Part shown: positions 50,504 through 62,447 of the stretch, piece after piece
Layout of the letters: each line of letters starts with the position of its first letter
Numbering within the stretch: position 1 is the stretch's first letter
Source of the DNA: Antedon mediterranea
Taxonomy: Eukaryota; Animalia; Echinodermata
Reading direction: 5' to 3'
NCBI RefSeq assembly: GCF_964355755.1
Contig: NC_092679.1
Coordinates: forward strand, 1,332,201-1,396,200
Length of the DNA: 64,000 nucleotides
Made by a program: the position numbers and the translations under genes
Notes under the pieces: model-generated
Databases searched by the model: none
The model's input: only the letters and a program-made list of their open reading frames with translations
Told to the model about the DNA's origin: nothing

Positions 50504-53063
50504 TTAAAATAATAAATCTTCATCTCTTTCCTCAATCAGATTCTGTGGTTCTTCTTGTAATGCAGACTCTTTTGCCATTCTTTCTAATTTCATCTTTTCA
50601 TTTCTGTCTCTTATAATTTTCTTCTTCTCCTGTATTTTCTTTAACCTGTAAAACTCCTCCCTTTCTCTTTCGTCAAGTTCTGTCGTGATGTACTGAATTG
50701 TTTTCTCAATTCTTGGAATTATGACTGAAACATTTTAATTTTCTCAAATTAGTGGCAGAAGGGTAAAACAAAAAAGCGGATTAAATCAATAAGATTTTGA
50801 GAATAAGTACTTTGATTGACATAATGTCATACGTTGTGTCATCATTAACCTTATGATGGATTTCATGTTAAAACATTAAATTTGATTAATGTTTAGCGTA
50901 AAATTTATTTTGAATTACTTTGATTGACATAATGATGTCATGGGTCATGTCAACATTAACCTGGCGAAAGGATCTCATGTTAAACTTTAAATTTGATTAA
51001 TGTTTAGCATACCAAAATAGTATTTTTTGCCATCCTTATTGATTTTAATTTTAATTAATTGTATTCCCACTGGGAAAGTAAAAGTTAAGCTAACATTTCT
51101 AGGATCTACTGAATTCAAATAAATGTGCACTTTAAACAAACCTGGAACATCTTTCTAGACAAGTAGGGGGGTTTCCCCGGTGTACCTAGTATATACACAG
51201 CCACTGTCACACACAGACACTTATCATAACTCATCATTAGGGCCCTTTGATTGTCAGCATACGCTGTTTAGGGTCACCCTCTATAAATAAGGTTGAATAA
51301 AAATAAATAAAAGTTCTTAAGACAAAATAAAAGTTTTAAAATATGACATACCATGTTCAATGGCATTCACACGCCTGTTGGTGATTTTAATTGCCTCATC
51401 TAGTGTAATGAACGAAGTCTGAAGAGAAGCCAATATCACTAATAATTCAACCGCTTTAGCATAATTCTTTTTAAGAATGTCAATTTGTTGTCCGCCTCGT
51501 GACAGACCTGTCAACTCATAAGCTGTAGAAGACAAAACAAAGTATGATTACAAAATGCTTGTATCATTCAACTTTCTTGGTAAATAGATTCTTTCTTTTT
51601 ATAATATAATGTGAACTAGGTACATACTATCATTTCCCTCAGAGTACGGCTCAAAGACTGGCAAGTTGACACCTGCAAAAAAAACAATAATTTATAGCAA
51701 TCAAATACAGTAAATTATAAAATATGTTTGATATCTCTATTCATTTAGGAAATGCATCGTAACCAAAATACATGCGGCATTTCTACAAACTAGTTTGAAA
51801 AAAACAGTGTGATGTGCCCAAATATGATATGTCCAGATATGGTAGTGATACGATAACATGTCATATATGGGTACATAACATTTTTGTTGTCACATAAAGT
51901 TTGATAGTGTAAATAAAAATAAACACAAACAATTACCTGCAACATTCTCTTTTTTACTTCTCACTTTAGTTTGAGCTTTTGTTACATTTTGTAAAACCAT
52001 GTGGCTAGAATAAAGATATTTAGATGTATTTAAATATTGAGGATAATTAAATGGAACATTGCTCATTCAGAACAACGATGTTATACAAATAATGCTATAT
52101 TAGCAAATAAGTTAGCACTATAATTGGGTTGGTTTTATGGCCTGATTTAACGTTCCGGTTTGGCAAATCGCATCAAATGTCAATGTTTTGTTTTTTCACA
52201 CGACTATGCCCCAATAATCGATATGCACGTAGTTTTGTGAAACAAAACAATGACGTTTGATTTGATTTGCCGGCGCCTGAACAGGTGTGAAAGACCCTTA
52301 GTTTTAAGTAGTATGAGTATCTTACCAGAAAGCAACACTTACCTTATATTTCCACTTGTAAACTTAGCACCTGCCAATGACAGTGATGCTTCCTTCATGC
52401 ATTCGCCCATTTTTGTTTTAGTCTAAAAATACAATTTTAATTACTATAAGTAAAAACTGAATCAGTGCACCCTTGATCAGTAGTAAAAAAAAGTAATGAT
52501 ATAAATTTACGGATTGAATATCAAGAGTAGAGCACAATGTTGCTTACATCAATTATCTTTCCTAATATCTTTCTGAATCGTAGAATAAGTGCATCTGCTT
52601 TCTTCTTCAGCAAACTGTGCCCCTTTTGAGCTCCTTTCAAGCGGCCTTTCATAACCGTTAGTGCCCTGAAAATGAAAAACACAAAATCGGATCGGATTTG
52701 TTTTTTTTTTTTAAAGGACTAGCCTAGATAGGCCTAGCCTAGGCTATATACAGATACAAATAATATTATCATCTGTTACTAGGTTTTATTACTGTAATTG
52801 AAATTATACAATAGACCGAAACGCCTGGTCTAGGCTAGCCCGTGGCAGAACGCCCAACCTTTACACCTCTCTCAGCCTGCTGCTACCGTGACGGTGGCCT
52901 CAAACCCAAAACATCAATAATTTAGCGAGAGGCCTAGCGGAGAGGTAGAATGTTACCTATTCTACAACACATCTAGACCAAATATGTTTATTTGTAATCA
53001 ATAGAATACAGTAACTATTTACATTCGAGAAGGAAACACATCTAATCGATCTTTTCCAGACAT
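50504..53063 (-). CDS. ATP6V1D: V-type proton ATPase subunit D, 7 exons
   Basis: MSGKDRLDVFPSRM, MKGRLKGAQKGHSLLKKKADALILRFR, YELTGLSRGGQQ, LASLQTSFITLDEAIKITNRRVNAIEHVIIPRIE, ELDEREREEFYRLKKIQEKK, DEDLLF*. Confidence 0.97.
51787..51911. mobile_element. MITE family A copy (degenerate)
   Basis: Internal palindrome and partial right TIR; ATP6V1D intron. Confidence 0.7.
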
Positions 53064-53135
53064 TTCAGGTGTTTATAAATTGATCTTTAATACAGCAAAA
53101 ATCTAATTCTCGCTAAAATGTAGAAAAGTCACCTG

Positions 53136-53216
53136 ACGGATAGAGGGCAGTGTAGTACTTTGATTAAGATTTTTTTTCTTTTCTCAAACTCTCGTTTTGC
53201 GTACTATAGAGGGCGT
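53136..53216 (+). promoter_or_regulatory. Two CTCF-like sites upstream of ATP6V1D
   Basis: ggatagagggcagtg and ctatagagggcgtt lie 75-150 bp upstream of the ATG. Confidence 0.4.
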
Positions 53217-55102
53217 TATCAATGTCATGACAACAACAACGCTTAAGTTTGTCATTGTAAACAAAACGGAAAGTTTAAGCAGGGAGTTGTAAGTTTAAGT
53301 ACACTTTGCATTTCAGTCTACCTAGTAACCAGTTACTTCCATACTGTGAAAAGAATTAATAAAACTTACCAAGTTCTTGAAATTCATAAATTTAGTTTAG
53401 AAAATATTATGAATCGACAGGAAATGAATGAAATAAATAATACTCGTGAGTCTTGGTGCGCTGTAGAACTGAGCAGCAGACAGTCTTGGTGTAGAACTGA
53501 ACGTAAACACAATCCAGACGCCTTTAAAAGCACAGCGTTTAGCCCAGAAAGAAATCAAGAAACGCAGTCCAGATGTACATTTGAAGTCAACGATAAGACT
53601 CATAGAGAACGCAGACATTATCCAAACAAAAGTTGTGAGTACATTTTATTTATATTACTGTATATACTAGGCATAGGCTAGGCATAGGTCTAAATTAATA
53701 GACCTAGGCTAGGCTAATAATAATTATTTGTTTTATTATATTTTTTCCAATTTCAGATTTTCGCATGTACAGTTTCTCTCTTTCCGAAAAGAAAACTATT
53801 GATATACTTTTATCATGCATTTTTAAAAACTTTTTTAAATTGTTATAAAAATAACATCTATGCTATTTGATTTGTCCTACTTCTTGTTCCCCCATTCCCC
53901 TTCCACCCCAGCCTCTGTCAAATATTTCTAAACTATTTGGACTTTCATTTAGTTTATAATAAATACAGACATTATTTTGTTTACAGCTTATAGCCATCTG
54001 GCCATATGAAGAAAGTCGAGTGATTCATCGAGTAACGAATAATTAATTGATGGAGAAGCAATGACGAAGATACATTTGATATTGGAGCAATATACGAAAT
54101 TGTGCATTAACTAATTTACAATAGCAACATTGCAAATAATTGAAAACAACATTGTACTATTATTATTGATTATTGCTTTATGTATAAAAATTTAGTTGAA
54201 AATAAACAAATTATTGAAGAATTTGTTGTAAGAACGACTGCTTTGATATATCTAATACAATGTTAATTGTAACTATGGTAACATGGATAATAAAAAAAAC
54301 CACATTAATTCCAATTTATAACTTACAAGCTGGCTAAGCAGGGTAAATCTAAGATTGGTGGTCAGTGGTGCTGATTCATTCTCAATAAAATCTAAGGGGT
54401 GGGGGCATAGACAGTATATTAATTTAGTGTCCAATGCTACATAGATGTCTTTCCAATAGTAAATGGTGGCCTTATGCCCATAGTCACTAGAGTTTTTCTC
54501 TATAATAAATGAATGAGTTTATAAAGTGTTTCAGTAACAATCAAAACTAACATCCATTAATTCTATTGGTGCATATCATGGGTGGTTTTGTTTTGATTCA
54601 TAAGAATGTGCAACTTTATCATTGTTCAATGTCATGTGTGTGGTTTGTATGATTTTTAAAAATACATTTTTTAATGAACTAGTATTCATCGTTTTGTCTC
54701 ATTTTTCTTTCAAGTTTTTAGTAGATTTTGTAAATCTGAAAGCACTAGTACACTAGTGTTTACATTTTTAGATATAAAATTAGGAAAAAAAGAGAGAATA
54801 ATTTGTATCACAGAGAACACACCCTCACCCCTACCTCTCATGGTAATTAAAACAAACAATTTCACAAATAAAACTGTACACCCACCTCAATCTTAAACAT
54901 GGATGAGTTCGTACTTTTTTTGCACCAGGCTAAATCTGCTGCACCCTTTAAGTCTCGACACCCATACATCGTCTGAATTAACTGTCCTAAAACTTCTGTA
55001 AAATATGATCCACTTGTGTTCACATAACACTACTGTTTTTGGCAACATGCAGACTTTATATTAATGTCAGCTCAATAGAGTTCTTAGAAAGTTCTTTTTG
55101 CG

Positions 55103-57954
55103 TTATGGCTTTAAAAAGTGTGCAAGTTTTGGAAAAAGTTTAAAAGCATTGATCCTCGTTTGTCGTCTGACTTCATCTGTTGTTATATTCTTGATTTTTG
55201 CAACCCATTCACAGGATATGCTGATATTTGAAGGTTCATTTCTTCCCTAATAAGCAAAAATATTTTTAGATAATCATACACAAAAAAACAAGGACTACAG
55301 TACATTATGATAATAACCATAAAAAAGATAAAAAGTAGTAAGAACAAAAATGTGGAATTGTTAGTATTTCTTCCATATTGTCAACGTCTCAAAAGCTAAT
55401 TCCAGAAAACATTTTGACAGGTTGAGTGTGCTCCTCTTGTTACTACACATTATTTGCGTACAGCGCTTTTGATTTAATCCATTTAAAGTACAAAATGAAT
55501 CGTTGAAGCAACATACTTCTTTTTCTGGTCCAAGTGCTGGGGCATCTGTTTCTAAAAGAAGATTTTCAAGTGGTATTTTGGACACTAATCGTTGTTTCTA
55601 CACAATGAAAAAAAAAAAGTAAGAAAAAGTGCAAATGACTAATAATTATGGATATCATATATTGGAGTGGAGTTGTGTTTTGGTGGTTAAGATGCTTGGC
55701 TACCAATCCAAGGTTCCTGGGTTCAAGTCCTGTCAGTGTCAGGATTTTTCTGACAAATTATAACTCCACTCCCAAGACGTTACTTATGTAGAGCATCTTG
55801 TGTATTATGTTTGTCTTGTAAACAGGATAGTGAATTAATTTGCTTATGGTTATCCTTGGCAATTTGCCTATTACCATTATAATTATGGTGACATGGTAAA
55901 ATCTGTATTAATCCGGTAAACATAGTTTTTATTTATATTCTCAATAATACATATTATGTCCAAATAAGGATTTACCTGGTCACTTCTGATAATTGATGGT
56001 GGAACAGAAAAATAAAAACCACACTCCACACCCAGCATTGCTACGGATGGTTTGCCATCAAAAGCATGAAGAAGAACTTTTGTTGCACCTACAAAATCAA
56101 ATGAAAAAAATGCACACAAAAAAAAAACATGTTTATGTGATAAGGTATGCATTTTCAACGTAAAGATTTGACCGGCATATAATAATCACCTTGCTCTTTC
56201 AAAAGGTTGACAGTTGGTCTTCCAGCTGACCGAGAGTGGACATTTCTATAAACAAAAGACATTTAGGTCACAAAAGGGAAGCATGGAAACGTAGAAATGA
56301 CGATGAAAACAACTCTATATTCTGCAATCCAGTTCATCAATCCACTGATGGTAATAATGACAAACTTACACTGGTAGGTCTAGTTTCTTGGCTAACTGAA
56401 TTTGTTGGGCAAACACTTGCCGCTGCTCATCTCTCTGTTCCTTTGTTTTGCAATACCAGGGAGTAAAATCTAAACCAATCTGAAGAAGAAATTAAAATCA
56501 AATAAATCGTAAACAAATTCAAATATATTACAAAACTATTTAACAATATTAATTAAAAATACTAGGCCTACCTCCCCAACAGCAACAAGTTTATTCGCAT
56601 TTTTTGTAATTACATCACACACGCCCTCAAGGTCCTCTAGGCAAGCAGCTCGTTGGCCATTCACTTTGTCAACCTATTATAATACATCAAAACATAAAAT
56701 GGTTTACAATATATCTGTTCAAGTCACCATCATAAAATACAATGTTCTTCATTAATCAATTTTTCTTTATTCATCGCATAAACAAACAAAACACATAACA
56801 AAAAAGGAGTAAAACAAAAGATGAAAGGGACCTCCCCCCAAGGGGCTTGCGATAGAAGACCCACTAAAAACTATTTACATTAAGATAGCGTAAATAAATA
56901 AATCTGTACCTGAACTGGATGAAGACCAAGACATGGGAAGACAAATCCAGGATGTTCCTCAGACAATGCCAATACTTTTTCAAAATCTTCTTTAAATTCT
57001 GTCACAGCTACTATCCCGTCAACTCCTACCTAACAGTTAATTAAATCACAATTCACAAAAGTTTAAAAATTGCAATTTTGTCTATTAATTATTCTCTATA
57101 TTATTAGAGGAAGAAGATAAGAATTATTAAAAAAAAAAATTTCTGGATAAGGAGATACAACAATCGGAGATGTTGTCCTTAAATATTTTTGTTCTTGAAG
57201 TGGTTATTAAGCTATGTCTACACTATCTTTTTGCTAAAAATTTGTGATGTACCCAAATATGGTAGTGATATGACATCATCGTGTCCATATACGGACACAT
57301 CACATTTTTTATCAAATAATGTTATTTAGTGTAGACAGAGCTTTAAGCATTGAGGATGAAAATGTTCTGGCCTGGTTGCACATCTTGGTGTTTTGCAGAT
57401 ATTTTTGTATTGTATCATTTGAAAATATTAATAAAAAAAAAATGTTTTTTCACCTCTTTTGCCCTTTGTATCACCTCTTCTAAATCCTGCGAAAATAAAA
57501 GCTTCAATATTATTTATCCTGAAAAGTGTAGGAAACCAAATAAAGCCCAAGGCCCCTTTTAATGCAATAATGCCGCAGTAAACAAAGCGTTTATCGTAGT
57601 ACTAGTTACAGTATGCATGGTCCCTATAAAAGGAGTAGGCCTACTACTACTGTACTAGGCCTATTACAGCACTAGAGGCATAGCCTACTTATACTACTGT
57701 ACTACTATCTAATAGTAAGTAGAGAAGTACTAGCCTAGGTCTTCTACTGTAGTACTCTAGTAAGTAGTACTTAGAATAGTAGGCTCAGTCAGTGCCTGTT
57801 CTGTACTAATACTAAGTGTAGCTAGCTTACTGTAGTAAGTTGTAACTGTTTCTCTGTAGCCATGAACTATTTTATACAGTAAATAAAGTAAAAAATCAAC
57901 CTGGTCGAATTCAGATGCTGATAGATGGCAGTGGCCATCTATAAATCCAGTCAT
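55103..57954 (-). CDS. TATDN3: TatD-family nuclease TATDN3, 9 exons
   Basis: [87 protein letters not shown]...NAFKLFPKL. Confidence 0.95.
55664..55885 (+). mobile_element. tRNA-derived SINE in a TATDN3 intron
   Basis: A-box-like tggtggttaag, B box gggttcaagtcc and an AT-rich tail. Confidence 0.6.
57210..57342. mobile_element. MITE family A copy
   Basis: TIRs with a tta TSD on both sides. Confidence 0.85.
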
Positions 57955-58091
57955 TTTGAAGTTAAAACAGAAGGTTTTGGTCACCTTTTTGTTTTGCATC
58001 GACTGCTCACACAGGGCATGCGCATTTAAAAGAAGCAAAAATGATTTCTTGAAACGTTGGTGGCGCTCTGAATGTGGCGGTAAAATTCAAA
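57955..58091. promoter_or_regulatory. Putative bidirectional promoter of TATDN3/NSL1
   Basis: Only 137 bp separates the divergent ATGs; contains gcatgcgca (NRF1-like) and ttggtggcgct (CTCF-like). Confidence 0.7.
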
Positions 58092-59975
58092 ATGGACAAT
58101 CCCAAAAACAGACATATTTTATGTTATAATCAACGTTCTGTTAAACATGCTACAGATGCAGTATGTTCTGCAGTTGGAAGAGCAATTGAGGATAGTAGGG
58201 AATTAAACGATGACCAAAAAGAACGTCTTACGAAGCGATTTATTGAGGTAAAACGCTAGGCCCACACCCACCATCATCATATCAATCATCTAAAAATGGA
58301 CACACACACAGACTGCTGAGAGAGTGTGGGACAGTGGTGATAAAGTGTTGTAATAGGCCTAGCCTAGATAGATAGCTAGGATGGAATGTAAATAAAAGTC
58401 TGTCAATGATCTAGATGATCTTGAACAATTTTAAGCATAGGCCTTGGCCATGTTTTACTTTTTAATATTTATATCATCAATATGTATTTTTTTGTCACCA
58501 GATTTATGAAAACACACAGCATGAAAATATTTTAATAGATGGTCAAGTATGGGGGAAAGTTGATGAGAATGCTCTGGAAAAAACAAAAAGCAAGTGAATT
58601 GAAAATACAGTACTTTATATTTTTCATATTTTTGCTTTGTTTTGTTGATCATCTAGGCCTATATACAGTATTTAAATATAATAAATAATCAATCATATAC
58701 AAATACTAATTAATGAATTGGAAAATTTTTATTTCAGAATTTGATGCAATCAATATCAAACGGCGTCAGGAGGTGGAGGAGTTGATCGTTACCACAGATA
58801 CGCAAACAGTAACCACGACAAAGAAGAGAAAGACATACCCAAAAGCAATCACAGTACAAATAGCAAAGAAATTGATGTCTGAACATGCTACTTTGGTACT
58901 TAGAATGATAACGCTAGACTTAAGCTCTGTCTACACTATCAAACTTTATGTAACAAAAAAAATGTGATGTGCCCAAATATGGAAGTGATATGCACAAATA
59001 TGGAAGTGATATGACATCATTATGTTCATGGCACATTTGTTGTCACATAAAGTTTGATGTGTAGACAGAGCTTTAAAATTTGATTAGCACTATTAATAAG
59101 TGACCCACCCTCAATGAAACATATTCTTTACTTTTTTCCATCAAACTAATTTCACAGTGTTATTCACATCAATTGTTTACTGTATCTTTTTGTTTTATAG
59201 GAAGAATATCAACCAACCCCAGAGGTTAACATCGACAATGAAATTAAAAATTCATTAATAAAAAGCAGTAAGTATATTCAGTTTAAAATAATTTAGTATA
59301 GTTTTCATTGAATGTCAATTTGTAAAATGAACAATCCTAACAAAATAAAATTCATTTTTACATTTTTTTTTAAATTTTAACAAAGTAACAATTTTTTTTA
59401 AATTTCAGCTGATGAAATTAACAATGAAAAACTACAAGAATCTGCTCATTGTATTCATTCATGTACAAAGGTTTGTTTATTATATTTTATAAAACATTTT
59501 TTTGTTTTCCTTTTTTGTTAATCTTTTTCTCGTTTTCGTGTTTGTATCTGTCTTGTTTTGTAAGTGCTGTTGAGGGCCTCATGCATGTACTGTCAGCCTC
59601 GAAGACAAAAATAAATTTAAATCTTAAACTTCCGACTTTGAATTCACTTTTAAAAAAAAATCTATTTTTCAGACAATTCCAACACTGGAAGCAAAGTGTG
59701 AGAGGGTACATCAGACACTGTGTTCATATTACAAAATTAAGGACAGTAAAACGAATAAAATTATTACCAAACCTAGTCCAGGAGAGTCTAGCATGGCAAC
59801 GTCAATCACACAGTTAAGGTCAAGGGTCAGTGATGAGACACCAAGTCCAATCAAGCGTAAAGGGAACTCCTCCGACAAAATGAATATTAAAAAGATACAA
59901 AACCACCCTATTAGTTATAATCTACGACGACGGTCACCCAAGAAACTCGAGACAGAAACATATCATTTTTATTGA
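58092..59975 (+). CDS. NSL1: Kinetochore MIS12-complex subunit NSL1, 6 exons
   Basis: ILCYNQRSV, HENILIDGQVW (human QENISINGQAW), KRKTYPKAI (KRKQYPRKI), IPTLEAKCE, YNLRRR; head-to-head with TATDN3 as in human. Confidence 0.8.
58923..59072. mobile_element. MITE family A copy
   Basis: TIRs with a tta TSD on both sides; NSL1 intron. Confidence 0.85.
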
Positions 59976-61682
59976 ATTATGGAATCAATTTCTGTACTCC
60001 CAATAGTAAAAATACAGTAGTACACTTATTTGTTATTATGTGACTAATATATAATACAAGTAATAGCGTTTAATGTTGATTTGACATTAAAATGTCTATA
60101 TTTTAGTATAACATTATACATATTTTAATTGAAATTCTAAGCTCCAATAATTTTACTTTTCTTTTTCAAACAATTTGACCCAAGTGATTGGTTACACTTG
60201 CTTGTTTGATCAATATACTATAATATGTTTCAGCTGAATGTAGTGTACAACTGATAGACCTATAAAAGAAAGTCAATACATTCATGCTCTGTATCTGTTT
60301 GTAAATAGTATTTTATTTTATATTTTTCGTGTATTTTATCATGTTTTGAATTACTATATTAGTTTTTAGTTATCTGTTGCATGTATATCGGTGCAAAAAG
60401 AAATTTGTAACATTTGATGACGGCTTTGATTAAATTGAATTTAATACATACACATGTAAGTAAGAACACAAATGTTGGTTAGGTTTGGATCACAACATTT
60501 CTATGGATTAAAATACAATAAACTTATGTAGTGATAAAGTCAAATTATTTGTGAATGAAGTTACTAATTGTTGTTGGTACAGAAACAGTAGTAGTTCTGT
60601 ACTGTAAACAACAGAGGGAAGAGTGATCTGTGTAGATTAATATTTCACATTCGGCGTCTCATAGACATATTCAGTGAAGCGTGACAGCAAGAAAGAAGTA
60701 AACAAACAAAACTGGCTGCATGGAGTTGAGAGGGAGATTTAAAACTTAAAACGGTAAAATTAAAATATCTTTTCTCCATGATTGAATTATTAAGTCTAAT
60801 TGATGATAAAATGTATGTATGTATGTTATGAATGTAACTTTTTGCTTTTACTCAGAAAAATAGCCATTGTTATGATAATGTACTCTACTATAGCCTCTAG
60901 CTAGGCCTAGCTAGTAGTAGGCCTACTAGCCAGCTTAAGAATTAGGCAGGGAGATGCTGATTAAAGTCAGGGCATTATTAGCCTGGGTGCAGTACAAATT
61001 TTGCGGGAAAAAAGTATAGGAAAAGTTTTTTTATTCTTTTCTGATAGAGTATACCATATAGAATGTCAGAAAAAAAATCCCCATCCCAGGGTCTTGGGGA
61101 AAATTGTTTACGGCACTTTTAAATTTTGGCCTATATAACACACACAAAATCAAATGCCTATTACACACAAATAGCTATATATAGGGGATAGGGAAAACCA
61201 ATTCAGGTTTTTTTTTACTTGGAGTTGTGTTATGATGATTAAAATTAGCTGAGGATTACTTTAATAACTACTTCTCATAGTAGTTGATAAATCGAGTCGA
61301 TAACAATGACATCATCATGCCAGAATCCAATATGGCGTCCAATTTGGCGGGAAAAATAGGGTATTGCTAAACCCCGCAAACCCCCGAAAACCTCCAAAAA
61401 ACATAGCAAACCCCACCAAACAAAACAAAACCCCAAAACATTTTTCCTATAACTGACTGATGACCGGGGGGGGGGGGGGGGAGTTGTGGAAAGATGGAAT
61501 TTCTGTGGCTGACACTAGTGTTAAGGGAACTAAACGTCTTAGTCCAGAAAATTACAGAAGAAAATAGATTGAGACTAATTTTTGACAGTTCAGAACATAA
61601 TCATTTTAATATGTTTTCTTTTCAGAACATGATAAAATTGCATAGAGATTAGACTTGAACCTATGTCATAAAGACTTTAAAG

Positions 61683-62447
61683 ATGAATTCTACGGACATT
61701 CCAAATATTATCCATTTCAAAATGAAAGAAGCAAAGTTCACTGCACTATTCTCCCTATCAAACATAGACTTTAGAAAAATACCAATGGAACAATTTGTTA
61801 AAATGTTAAATCTGAAACATCTTTACCTCAGCAAATGTACTATCAAAGGAAAACTTCCTGATGTTTTTACTAATTTCGTAAACTTGATGACTCTAGATTT
61901 ATCCCACAATGCAATTGAACATATTTCTGACGAATCTTTTGAACATTTTCCTAATCTTAAAAAACTCCAGTTGTCTTACAACCGACTCAATTCAATACCA
62001 AGGACTGTTAACAAATTGGTTAGTTTAGAAGTACTTGTTTTATCAAATAACTCATTGGTCGAACTTGCCCCCGAGATTGGCGAGCTTCAGTTATTGAAGA
62101 AGCTTGACGCCGAGGATAATCTTATAAGAGAAATTCCTTGTTCTCTGTTTGCTGGTGACTTAGCAAAAAGTTTAGAATATCTGAACTTGAGTGGCAACTT
62201 ACTTGATACTTTACCCGTACAAGTTGGACTTCTGGTAAATTTGGAAGAACTAAATATTGGAAGAAACCAGTTTGTACGTCTACCAGCGTCTGTTAAAGCG
62301 TTGTTAAAACTAAAAGCATTCCATTACGGTGATAACGATTGGATGGTTTGTCCGCCAACTTTGCGCAGAGTACCGGCAACAAATCAAGCTAGTTTCGGAC
62401 CGCTTGCACTCGAGAAAATCTACAGTTATATTTATCCCGATGTGTAA
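61683..62447 (+). CDS. Small leucine-rich-repeat protein (254 aa, about 7-8 LRRs), single coding exon
   Basis: Repeated LxxLxLxxNxL motifs (LMTLDLSHNAI, LKKLQLSYNRL, LEVLVLSNNSL, LEYLNLSGNLL); splice acceptor ttttcag at 61625. Confidence 0.9.
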   Translation: MNSTDIPNIIHFKMKEAKFTALFSLSNIDFRKIPMEQFVKMLNLKHLYLSKCTIKGKLPDVFTNFVNLMTLDLSHNAIEHISDESFEHFPNLKKLQLSYNRLNSIPRTVNKLVSLEVLVLSNNSLVELAPEIGELQLLKKLDAEDNLIREIPCSLFAGDLAKSLEYLNLSGNLLDTLPVQVGLLVNLEELNIGRNQFVRLPASVKALLKLKAFHYGDNDWMVCPPTLRRVPATNQASFGPLALEKIYSYIYPDV

